Assembly (NCBI RefSeq): GCF_963921235.1
Contig: NC_086118.1
Span: 20,338,001 to 20,402,000 of the forward strand
Length of the DNA stretch: 64,000 nucleotides
Reading direction: 5' to 3'
Source: Mobula hypostoma
Taxonomy: Eukaryota
Shown here: piece by piece, positions 38,386-50,257 of the stretch
How the letters are laid out: each line of letters opens with the position of its first letter
Position numbering within the stretch: position 1 is the first letter of the stretch
The notes under the pieces: generated by a model
Told to the model about the DNA's origin: nothing
Database searches by the model: none
What the model saw: the letters and a program-made list of their open reading frames with translations, nothing else
Made by a program: the position numbers and the translations under genes

Positions 38386-38810
38386 CAGGTTCACAATCCC
38401 TTATCTGAAATTCTGAAATCCAAAAAGCTCTGAAAACCGAAGTTTTTTTCGCCAACAGCTGACGTCACTCAGGTGTGACGTGGCAGCACTAGCAGAGGCT
38501 GCCAGACGTCAGTTATTCCCTAAACAATACAGTATAACAACTATTTACATAGCATTTACATTGTATTAGGTATCATAAGTAATCTAGAGATGATTTAAAG
38601 TATATGGGAGGATGTGCGTAGGTCCGGTGTTCTGCTGGGTCCTAAAGTCCCCCGTACTGAGACAGGTTAAATAAGGGACTTGAGCATATGTGCTTTTTGG
38701 TATTTGCGGGGTGTCCCTGAACCAATATAGAGGGATTCTGAAATCCGAAAAATTCTGAATTCCAAAATGCAACTGGCCCCAAGGATTTTGGATAAGGGAT
38801 TATGGACCTG
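38386..38810. mobile_element. Tigger-type MITE
   Basis: TIRs CAGGTTCACAATCCCTTATC / GATAAGGGATTATGGACCTG, TA TSD. Confidence 0.85.
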
Positions 38811-40185
38811 TATTATTATACCTGTATGGATTATACTTCCTGTTTCTGTTTCAAAACTATGGACTTCTTTGCTGAATAACTCTGTAGCTCATCATTCTCT
38901 TCTCAAATGCATTTAGGAATGGTCATCAATCCTCGCCTTGACAGCAAGTCCTATATCCAGAGAAATAATTAAGATTTGATTCTAGTGTAAAAGCCTAAAC
39001 CATTGGAAACAAGCAGGGAATTTTAAAAATGAAATAAATTACACCTGAAACCATTTGTTCTCAAGGTTTTTTGCAATTTTATTATTTATTTTGAGATTCC
39101 AATATATCTTGGTCAACCACACTCTCAAGATTGTGAGACTCTGCCAAATGCAGGGGTTCAGCTGGGTACTACAGAGTATGTTTTTTTTCTTAATTACACT
39201 TCCGGCAGGATTTCAAACACATTTATGTCAAATGCTTCAGCATAAATTTTAAAGTCATTTTCAATTATTTTAAATCATGTAATCATGAATGAAATAGAGG
39301 GTTGACATTTAAAATGCTTATTTTCTGCTCATAAATTCATTTTCAGTTGATTTAATAAAAATGTAGCAGTTTACCATCTCAAACTTCAATATTTTAATGG
39401 TTAGCTAATATTTGTTCTTCACCGCGATTGTGGGAGATTCTGTGGACAGGTTGATTGGCCTATTTCCTACATTAAAGCCGTTAGTTTATATTTAAATACA
39501 CGACCTTGGCTACAGACAAATTTGAAATGTCCTGAGGTTATGAAAGTCATGACACAAAGTAAACCTTCTTTACAAATTCTGTTGAATACATGAACCAACA
39601 GGGAGCTGAACATTTAGTAACATAAGAGAGAAGCCCCACGTAGGGGATGGATGGAGAACCAATGAGGAGTAAATAACTAGAGAACAATATTTCAATTATT
39701 GTCATTATTCTTACGAGCTGACGACTTGGTATTGGCTACCCATTTACTGTGGCTGTGTGGCTCACTTGGATTTCAACTGAAGAATATTTCCATTCATCAA
39801 ATGAACAAAACTTATTTTGTGAAATATGTTAACTGCTCAATTAATTTGCTATGATTCTTTAATTTTTACATTTAATTTTATTCTAAATACCTTTCTTGAA
39901 TTATTGGACTCTTCTTCTTGACATCCTCCCATAATATCAACTTACATTTATAGAATTAATTTAATATAATTAAATATCCAGGGCAATCCACTGGTACATT
40001 AATGAGCAAAACTTGAAATCAAAGCATATTGGAGCTATTAGCACAATTGAGATTTTTTTAAAGTGAATCTTAAAGGGCTGGCAATGTGAAGATTTAGAGC
40101 GGGCATTTCAGAGTTTAGAGTCTCAGCAGCTGAAGGTGTAGGGTAATATAATTACTGGAAATGTCCATAACTCAGAGCCACCAAT

Positions 40186-42828
40186 ATTGAGTTAGGATTT
40201 GGCATTGGGAGACTGCTCTGACATGATGATGTAATTACATGAAGTACTTTTACCACGCTTTGTGTTCGGAGTTTGGAGTACAATAAATGAGTTGCTACGG
40301 ATTTTCTTAAATGTTAAATGCCTCACGCCATTTTTATTTGGAAAACCTACACTGGTGACCCTGATGCTCTAGGATGATTCAGAGTTATTGAACAGGACGG
40401 CCAATACAGTCACTTTGAAACTGCTGGAGTTTTGGGAGCAAAATGTTGTTGCTTGGTTTTTAGAAGCCAAGGCCTAATTTGTGCTGTGAGAAATCACCAC
40501 CGACAACACCAAATATTTCTATGTGGTAGCATTGCTGAGTAACTCCACGGCTGCTCAAATGGTGGGTCTACTAGAACAGCGGTCCCCAACCACTGGTCCA
40601 CGGACCGGTACTGGGCCGCAGAGCATGCGCTGCCAGGCCGTGAGGAAACAATATGAGTCAGCTACACCTTTCCTCATTCCCTGTCACGCACTGTTGAACT
40701 TGAACATAGGGTTGCCAACTGTCCCGTATTTGCCGGGACATCCCGTATATCGGGCGAAATTGGTTTGTTCCATACAGGACCGCCCTTCTCCCATATTTCC
40801 CCTGCTAAGGTAGAGCATTCCTATGAAACCTTTCATGCCTAAATGGCGTGAAGTGAAGAAGCAATTACCATTAATTTATACGGGAAAAAATTTTTGAGCG
40901 TTCCCGGACCCAAAAAATAACCTACCAAATCATACCAAATAACACATAAAATCGAAAATAAATAACACTAACATATAGTGGAAGCAGGAATGATATGATA
41001 AATACACAGCCTATATAAAGTAGAAATAATGTATGTACAGTGTAGTCGAGAAGATGAAGGTAAAACCGATTTGTGGAAAAAAAATCAGCACGTACGCGCA
41101 CGTCACGCATGCGCACATGGTCATGGTAGTCTTTCCTGGGGTAAAGTGTCCCGGGATTTGACTGCTATTTTTGTCCCTTATTTGGGAGTGAGAAAGTTGG
41201 CAACCCTAACTGTAAAAGACATGCTGAGGTGAGATTAAACCTACTTGAACACCCCCCCACCCCTGATCGGCCAGTCCGCAAGAATATTGTCAATATTAAA
41301 CTGGTTCGCGGTGCGAGAAAGGTTGGGGACCCCGGTCCTAGAACACCCATCTGAACACGATAAATACTGATCGCTGAAAACTCACCTTTTACAGACTTTT
41401 GAACTATTAGAGTCTGAGCGTGCCAAACAGTGGCTCTCCTTGCCCGGCCTCGTCGACACTAAGCTGTTGGAGCTGATGTATGCATTCTGTCTCTCCTGGG
41501 AAGTCACCGTCTGTGTTTTATTTTTAAAGAACTCTTCATGCAGCAAATGCCTGATCCAGTTCGCACAGCCCTTGCTAATTCATCCATGATGGACTATAGG
41601 GAGCTTGCTAAAATCGCTGATAGTCTACACTCAGCCAGGCAGTGGTGCAACCTTCCTCCTCCATTCTCTACCTCAATAAGCCCGGTCAGCCAGACCCCAA
41701 AATTAGGATGCCCATGTCCGTTAAAAAGACAATGCCAGGCCTGCATTTTTACCGCGCTCACTCTGGTGTGAATGCTAGGAGGTGCTGGCCACCTTGCAGC
41801 TTCAACAGTGCCAGCACATTGGGACTTCAGAGGTCTGTAAACACTGTGGGTTCCAGCTCCAGGGTCGTCTACTCTTCATTACGGACACCCTTTCAGGGCG
41901 ACACTTCCTGTGCGACAAGGGTGCTCAAGTGAGTGCTGCCAGCATCACCTATTGATGGGAAGGCAAAGAGCAATGAAATCTCACTGGAACCAGCCAACAG
42001 TGGCAGGATCCAGACTTACGGGACAACTTACGGTGATGCCATGCTTCAGAGGGCGACGTTACACCTGGGACTTTGTCCTGGGTAAAGTGGCTAGACCTCT
42101 GCTCGGTGTAGATTTCCTCTGTGTCCAAGGACTATTAGTCGATCTTAGGAACTGCCAGAATTACGGATGTCAAGGACTTTGGGTCATTACTCTGCTCCCC
42201 CAGTAAGTTCCCCACAACATCTCTGTCAAGCACATGCACCACTGCATGTGAGTTTACTCGACTGCTGGGTGCATTCCCAGACCTCACCAAGCCCACCTTC
42301 TCCACTATAGTCACAAAATCTGGGTCAAGCACCGCATCTCTACAAGCGTCCTGTCAGTCCATGCCCGCGTGCGTAGTCTGGACACAGTAAAGGTGGCAAC
42401 CGCGAAGGCTGAGTTTGCCAACGTAGAAAGACTTGGCATTGTACACCAGTCAAGTTGCCCCCAGGCTTCGTCCCTCCATGTGGTTCCTAAGTCTGATGGT
42501 GGTTGCCGCCCATGTGGTGATTACTGACGCCTGAACGAGGCCACCACCCCCCCAATCGTTACCTGGTCCCACACATCCAAGACTTTTTTGACACATTTAG
42601 CCGAAAAGTTAATTTTTCCCAAAGTCACTCTAGTTCGGGGCTACCATCAGGTGCCTGTGTGCTCGGAGGACGTTCCCAAGACGGCAGTGATAATCCCTCT
42701 TCATCCTCTTTGAGTTTTTGCACATGTCGTTTGGGCTGAGAAATGCAGTACAGACTTTCCAACAGCTGATGGGCTCTGTACTAAAAGACTTAGATTTCTT
42801 TTTGCTCACCTGGACAACATACTTGTGC
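40186..42828 (+). mobile_element. Ty3/Gypsy element (5' LTR, PBS, gag, protease, RT), 3' truncated and degenerate
   Basis: PBS TGGTGACCC at ~40353. gag TLKLLEFWEQNVVAWF..TKYFYVVA, protease FLCDKGAQVS, RT LHVVPKSDGGCRPCGDY*RLN, GYHQVPV, FGLRNA.QTFQ, HLDNILV. Confidence 0.85.
40577..41335. mobile_element. hAT-Charlie-type MITE in the Gypsy gag, containing an internal Tip100-type TIR unit (40707-41208)
   Basis: Outer TIRs CAGCGGTCCCCAACC / GGTTGGGGACCCCGG with TSD TACTAGAA/TCCTAGAA. Inner TIRs TAGGGTTGCCAACT / AGTTGGCAACCCTA. Confidence 0.85.
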
Positions 42829-43410
42829 AAGTAAGTTTGTGGGTGGCACGAAGTTAGGAGGTGTTGCGAATAGTGAAGAAGCTTATCATAGATTAATGGG
42901 GGGGATCTCAGGAATGAAAGGATTGAAGTATGAGGAAGGTTTGATAGCTCTGGCTTGTACTCACTGGAGTTTAGAAAAACAAGGGGAGATCTGATTGGTA
43001 CCTACTGAATATTGAACGGCTTAGAGAGAGTGGAAGTAAGGAGGATGTTTTTGATAGTGGAAAAGACTAAGACAAGAGGCTCAGCCCCAGAGGTCAGTGT
43101 TTGGACCGCTTCTTTTCACATATATGTCAGTGATTTAGATGAAGGAATTGATCGCATTGTGGCCAAGTTTTCAAATGATACAAAGATAGGTGGAGGTGCA
43201 GGGAGTCTACATAAAGACTTGGACGGATTGGGAGACTGGGCAAAGAAGTGGCAGAAGGAATATAGAGCAGGCAGGTTTATGGTCACGCACTTTGGTAAAA
43301 GCAATAAAAGCAAAGAGTATTTTCTAAACAGAGAGAAAATTCAAAGCTCAGATGTGCAAAGTATTTGGGAGTCCACATGCAGGATTCCCTATAGGTTAAC
43401 ATTGCAGGTA
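42829..43410 (+). mobile_element. Rearranged CR1 RT fragments
   Basis: IYVSDLDEGIDRIVAKFSNDTKIGG..LGDWAKKWQ. Confidence 0.75.
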
Positions 43411-45483
43411 AACCCAGTTCTGTTTTGTTTTCCATTGTCACACAATTCTCTTGGAATCACTGAATCAAGAACGGAAAACCTGACTGAATTTACCTTTCTC
43501 CAAGTGACAAACGTGAAGCATTAAAACCACTGATTTAAAGAAAGGTGATGCTTAAAATGCAAACAAAGAAAATGTATTTATGCAGCAACAATCTGTAAAA
43601 GATATAGTGTTATGCCAACAAGAGACAATAGGTTTGAAATTAATAAAAACCTACAAAGACAAAAGCCAGTTTAGAGTTATGGTTTGTGAGAAAGCCAGTA
43701 CCCTTATATATATATTTCTACAATTACTGGGTTAGGGTCCATTTATGCTGAATAACTGTTCTTCATATGTTAGCAGTGTCCTGGAAGGTAAGGAAGATAT
43801 CAGTGGAGAACATAATTTCAAATAATTTACTTCAGCTTGAAAAGAGTTTGAACGTGGAGCTAATCAGACCTCTTTGTTTTATTAAGTACACTTCAAAAGT
43901 TAACTAGGCACCTCAACAAAAGGAAACGTATCTTGGAGAAATGTCCAGGCTAGTAGAAACTGTCTTGCTTGCTACCTGCCACCTTTCATCTGGAAGGGTG
44001 AGTTGATTAGTAAGCGATCTGGGGAATTTCAAGGCCCCAAAGTCAGCAATAAAACAGAGATCTCAAAGCAGATTCTGGGAGGGGTGAGGCACAAAGCTGT
44101 TAGAACATTTCAGGGTGTAACCTTTCCCACCCTGGGCAGCTGAAGAAAATGACGGAGAAGAAGTAGCCCACTGCCGCAAACTACCATGTCTGAGCTACCT
44201 AGTTGTTTGTAAGCAACCTTGTCCTTTCTGTTATGGGTTGTAGGTCAATATTAACTAACATATTCTGAGATTTTTAATGGCCATCTGTCCCCCAGTGACT
44301 CAATAAATAACAGTATCACAACCCTTTTCAAGGAACTAGTTCGAAATCAGAGACCTGGAAGTAAACAGGGTGATTTAGAAGTAACAGTCTGCAAAGTGGT
44401 ATCAATATAGCAAAAACCAGATTACAATATGAATGGACGATGAGCAGAAGATTAAAATACTTGGAGAAGAGGTGGGATTGGTGAAAAAAATAAGAGGTAC
44501 AGTCCTGGTTAAAGGAAAAAATGCTGCATTCACAAGACATGACAGAGAGTCAATATGCTTAGAGATCAAAGATACAAATGGGATTGTTATATTGATGAAT
44601 CTCTACTGTAAACCCTCCTAAACATAAAAGAATGAGAAATCTGTTTCTGATCAGAAAAGCAAAATTACTTGTTCCAGGAGATTCTGAACATCAGCTCTTT
44701 GGTTGGCACAGGAAGGAATAAATGGAGACACGCAAATGGGATTTTGCAACATTTACACAAACCTGTGGAATAGTTGCTTATAATTTGCCTCATTTATTTC
44801 TGACTCACTGATAAAGGTTTTATGTCAATAATGAGAGAGGTTTCTTACCACTTGGTGTTTTATGCCAGCGTGCGCCTCTGGAACAGGAAGCTAAGAATGT
44901 TAACATGCAAAACCCATTTAATAAAAATCAAGAGTGCAGCTTGGGATAGGTTGATTTTAGAAAAATGAGTAAGTTCATTGAGGTGATAAGCAAGGGAAAT
45001 TGCCTCAAAGGATTAAAAATTGATCATGGAAAATCTTTTAAAGGAAGTGCAAGTTTGTGCAATTAAAACAGAAAAAGGCAAATTTCAAGACTCCATAAAT
45101 GTTAGACATATGAAGAAATTTTCCCAGAAATAATTAAGAGTTCACTGAAATAAGATTTGTTGTAATAGAGTTAAGAGAAAACAAGAGGAACAAATTTACT
45201 GGGAATTGGAATGTTGTAGAATGTAGTTCTTGCGTCTGAGTTATAAATGTAGTGAAAATAAAAAAGAAACCATATGTTGGTAATATAAGATAAAAACAGG
45301 AACTACTGGAAATACTCAGCAGGTCAGCTATAAACCATACTAACTTTTTAAGAGACAAGAAAGAATGCAGATGCTGGAAACATTAAGTACACACCTTCCC
45401 ACCCTGACACTTTCAAGGACGCTATTCTTTCTCACAAGACCTCCCTCTCTGCTGCACCTTTTCTCAAGGTGAGGCTTTCTATT

Positions 45484-45703
45484 TCATAGAAACATAGAAA
45501 ATAGGTGCAGGAGTAGGCCATTCAGCCCTTCGAGCCTGCACCGCCATTTATTATGATCATGGCTGATCATCCAACTCAGAACCCCGCCCCAGCCTTCCCT
45601 CCATACCCCCTGACCCCTGTAGCCACAAGTGCCATATCTAACTCCCTCTTAAACATAGCCAATGAACTGGCCTCAACAGTTTCCTGTGGCAGAGAATTCC
45701 ACA
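45484..45703 (-). mobile_element. Young CR1 3' tail of the same family as 35215-35600
   Basis: Nearly identical to 35222-35435. Confidence 0.85.
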
Positions 45704-46890
45704 GAACATGTAAGGTGTCTTCTTTTTACAGAAAAAAGTGGTTCCTCCCCCAATGCTATCTATGGAGCCCTCACCAACATCTCTTCTATTTCACACACCT
45801 CTGCCCTCAACCCATTTCCCCCAGACATAAGAGGGATAGGCTTCCCCTTGTCCACACCAGTCACCCCATGACCCTCTGCACCCAACATATCATTCCCAAT
45901 TTCCGCCATCTCCAGCAGGATCCCACCACTAGGCGCATCTTCTTCTTCATCTCTGCTTTCTGTAGGGATTTCTTCCTCAGTGATTCCATTATCTGCCTGC
46001 CCCTCCTCACCAAACCCCCTCCAGACAATCCTTCCTACCCCTAAAGCTCCTCTTTCTCTCTATTCAGGGCCCTAAGTAGTCCTTTCAGCTTTCATGTGAA
46101 TCCATTAGTGTCATTTATAGCGTACAATGCTCCTAGTGCAGCCTCCTCTGCGTCAGTGAGATCTGATGCTGATTGGGACGACACTTCATCAACTACCTTA
46201 GCTCCATCTGCCATAATAGTCTGGATCTCCCAGTGGTCACCATTTTACTGCCATTTCTCATTCCACACAAATAAATCTGTCCATGGCCTCCTCTACTACC
46301 ACAGATTAGAGGAGTAGCACTTCTTATTCTGCCTTGCTAGTTTTCAACCTGACAGTACCAACATTGAGTTCTCTAACCACACTCCTCTGCCCCCTTGTTT
46401 TCCTTTATCCCACCTGTTCCATCATCCCGTTTCCTTTCCCTCCCCTCTCCTCGCAATCTGCTCATCACCCACACATTCCTCCCTCTGGTACTCTACTCAC
46501 TGACTTCTATTCATTCCATGTCCACTGTCCTCTCCTATCAGACTCCATCTTCTTCAGCCCTTTGTCACTTCCACCTATCACCTCCCAGCTTCTTACTTCT
46601 TCTTCTTCATGTGCCTTGCGCGTTACACGCTTGGGCAATCATGGCTCTCCACATCGAATGATCCCTCGCAGTGTCAATGATATCTCGCACACTTAGATCT
46701 GTTAGTTCTTTCACAGTGTCCATATATTTCCTTCTTTGCCTTCCTGTTCCGCGTTTCCCAGGCATCCAGCCTTGTAATGTAAGGCATTCTATTTCTTCCT
46801 TTCTAATGACATGGCCCAGGAATTTAAGTTTCCTCTCATTTAATGTTCTCATTAAAGATCTTCTTGTATGGCCACATTGGAGTACTGTCT

Positions 46891-47098
46891 AAGCAACACA
46901 CATCAAAGTTGCTGGTGAACGCAGCAGGCCAGGCAGCATCTGTAGGAAGAGGTGCAGTCGACGTTTCAGGCCAAGACCCTTCGTCAGGACTAGTCGACTG
47001 CACCTCTTCCTACAGATGCTGCCTGGCCTGCTGCGTTCACCAGCAACTTTGATGTGTGTTGCTTGAATTTGCAGCATCTGCAGAATTCCTGTTGTTTG
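46891..47098. mobile_element. Young PLE mini-hairpin inserted in the RTE
   Basis: Ends nearly identical to 2509-3678. TSD GAGTACTGTCT at 46880-46890 and 47099-47109. Confidence 0.88.
46956..46991 (-). ncRNA. Minimal type I hammerhead ribozyme motif
   Basis: Reverse complement AGTC-CTGACGA-AGG(GTCTTGG)CCT-GAAA-CGTC-GACT. Confidence 0.78.
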
Positions 47099-50000
47099 GA
47101 GTACTGTCTCACTAGTTACCCTATCTCTATATGATATTTTCAGCATTCTTCTAAGAAACCACATTTTTGTTGCTTCTAAGTTCCTTTGGAGTTCTGGTGT
47201 TATAGTCCATGTTTCGGAAGCACACAGCAAGATTGACCAGATGTAACAGTTTAGTAGCCTAAGCCTTGTTGTCATAGAAAGGTGTCTGTTGGTAAAGATG
47301 GGTTTCATTTTTTGGAAGTTGGTTTTGGCAATGGCAATTCTTCTTTTTATTTCTACTTTACTTCTAGCATCTTGTGATATAAAACTACCAAGGTAATTAA
47401 AGCTGGTCTTTTGTTCAATCTCTTGGTTACTGATGTACAATTGGCAGTTGAGAGTATCCTGCTGTTTTGATATTACCATACATTTGGTTTTTTTTACAGT
47501 TGTTGGTTAGACCAAAATCTGCACTTCTTGTACCGTAAGTCTTCTGCAGCACTTGCTATTAAGGTGGTATCGTCTTCATATCTTATATTGTTGATGTTAA
47601 CGCCTCCAATTCTTATCCATCTACGTCTTCTATTTCTCTGAGAATCATTCCACTATAGATATTAGATAATTCCGGTGAGGCAACGCATCCCTGTCCAACT
47701 CCTCTCTGAATTTTAGTCCAACTGCTTATATTATCATCAATTTTTACTGTCTCTGTTTGATTCCAATATAAATTTTGAAGCAGTTGTTGGTCCCTTCCGT
47801 CAATGTTTAGTTTAGCGAGAATTTGAAATAATTTTTCATGTTGCACTTTGTCGAAAGCTTTAGTGAAATCAACAAAACATAAAAAGGCGTCATTTTGATA
47901 TTCAATTGCCCTTTCTGAAAGCATTTGTAGTATGAAAATTGCATTTCTAGTTCCTCTATCCTCAATAAACCCATATTGCAGTTTAGAAGTTTCTGGCCTC
48001 AACTTGTTTTAATTCGACTCAGAACAATTCTCAACAAAATCTTTATTATGTGACTCATAAGACTGATTGTTCTATAATTTTTGCAGTGAATAGTCTCAGG
48101 AATTTTTGGCAGAGTTATAAATTCTGATTTCAAGAGATCATCAGGCAATACACCAGACTCATATTTGCCATTAAACAGTTCAAAGAGAATATCTAAGCCC
48201 AGATCTTCTAGGGCTTGTATCATTTCCACTGAAATTTCATCAGGTCCAGTGGCTTTACCATGTTTCATGCTTTTCATTGCTTTAGTTATTTCTTCTTCGG
48301 TAATAGGTGGGCCAGAATTAGGGTGTTTAATATCTGGGGGTTCCCCTTTATTATCTTCAAAAAGCTGCTCTATATACTGAATCCACCTCTCGCATACTTT
48401 ATCTGGATCTGTTAGTATGGATCTGTCTGCTGATCTTATGCATCCTATAGAGGAGGTTTTCTTAATTCCAGTAATTTCGCTCGGTAGGGGGTAGTCATGT
48501 GCTGCAGGTGACACCAGACCATCATCCAGGGACTGTAAGCAATAGGGAAAGGCTAAGGGTAGCAACATGGAACATCTGTACACTTTACCAGAAAGGAAAG
48601 TTGGACAGCACTTTAAATGAAATGAAAAAGTTGGAAGTTGATATCTTAGGCCTGTCAGAAATTAGATGGACCAACAGTGGCAAATTCACTAAGAATAGTT
48701 CTCTGATAATGTATTCTGGATGTCAACAGCATATGTATGGAGTTGGAATTATTTTAAACAAACAAGTATCAAAATGTCTTATGGGATATTGGGCGATATC
48801 TGACCAGCTGCTTTTAGTTAAATTAAGGGGTAACCCTTTTAACATTTGCATAATCCAAGCCCATGCGCCAACAAATGATGCGGATGAAGAGGATATCAAC
48901 AAGTTTTATGAAGATCTCAACAGTGCTTATGAGCAATGTAAATCTCAGGATATAAAACTAGTCATGGGAGATTTTAACTCCAAAGTTGGACAGGAAAGGG
49001 TTGATAACATCATAAGACCTTTTGGATTAGGGGAGAAAAATGAAAATGGAGAAAGGTTTACTGATTGGTGTGTCAGAAACAACCAAGTGATCAACAATAC
49101 TTGGTATAAAAACCATTCACCTGGATTGTGTACTTGAATTAGCCCTGGAGATAGAACAAGGAATCAAATGGATTTCATTACCATCAATGAATGCTTTAGA
49201 ATAATATCACAAATTCTAAAGCCTACCCAAGAGCAGACTGCGGTTCAGATCACCATCCAGTAATACCTACCATCAAAACAAAAATAAAGAAACTGGAACG
49301 TGGAAAAAAGAGATAGAAGTATAAGTTGGGTGATAGCGTACTTAAGCAACAATTCAAAACAGCTGTAGAAGAACACCTCAATGAAAATGAATAATACCTA
49401 TTTGGGACAGATTTAAATATGCTATACAGCTTCTTACATCATTTCCAATTCCCCCTCTCCCTCACCCGCCTATTTTCCACTTCGCCTGGAATCACCTATT
49501 ACCTGCTAGCCCTTGCTCTAATCCCTCTCTTTACCCTTTTATACTGGTTTCTCTCCTCTTTCTTTCCACCTGAAACGTCCACTGCCCATTTCTCCCCATA
49601 GGTACTGCTTGACCTGCTGTGTTCTCCAGCATTTTGTGCGTTGCTCCAACTTTCTAAGCTATATTGAATGATGGATAAGAGAAGGAATGTGGGATCAGTA
49701 TAGAGAAATAGCAAACCTCCTTGCATGAACAGACTCGGCCACATTGCCTATTTCTATGTTATATATTGAATGTACAGTAAAATTCCTTTCAACCACCATC
49801 CTCATGAGTTTTCCAGTGCTGAAATGGCAAATATTCTCAATAATTAGATACTACACCCATTAATACCCCTACATGTTTTTAATTCTCCTTTTCTAAACTT
49901 TTACACAGTAGTATAATCAGCTTTACCATGAGCCTGGTGAGTTTAAAGGGAGCACTGGAGCCATCTCCTAATAAATTTAGAATGGAGCATGGAAAATAGT

Positions 50001-50257
50001 TCGCTAGTAAGTTTTAAGGCAATGTAGGAAGCAGGGCCCTTGGAATTTAAAGAAATCTGGAGAAAACTTATCCCTGATGAGATCAAAGGGAACCATAGGA
50101 ACTGGGGTTCTTTTGAGTTTAAAAGGAGTGATGGGTGGTATGCTGGTGTATCAATTAATACTTTTGCCTCACAGCCTCACATGCCCATGTTCTGGTCCTG
50201 ATTCTGAATGCTCTATATCTGTTTTTTTGCTGAGTGCTCTATTTTCCCCCCAAATCC

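Larger units (their letters stand above)
46597..49426 (-). mobile_element. RTE-clade LINE with an inverted 5' segment
   Basis: RT on the minus strand at 46597-48478 (KATGPDEI, FVDFTKAFDKV, GVGQGCVASP, KFLGHVIR) with a (GAA)n tail. AP endonuclease on the plus strand at 48479-49426 (ATWNI, GLSEIRW, MGDFNSKVG, GSDH). TSD CAGCTTCTTAC at 46586-46596 and 49427-49437. Confidence 0.9.
45290..49655 (+). mobile_element. Old PLE (RT C-terminus, GIY-YIG, pLTR) hosting CR1 and RTE insertions
   Basis: DRLPLVHTSHPMTLCTQHII.NFRHLQQDPTT, SVHGLLY..RLEE. The pLTR is split at 46596/49427 and finishes with GAAACGTC and the right-arm motif. Confidence 0.7.
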
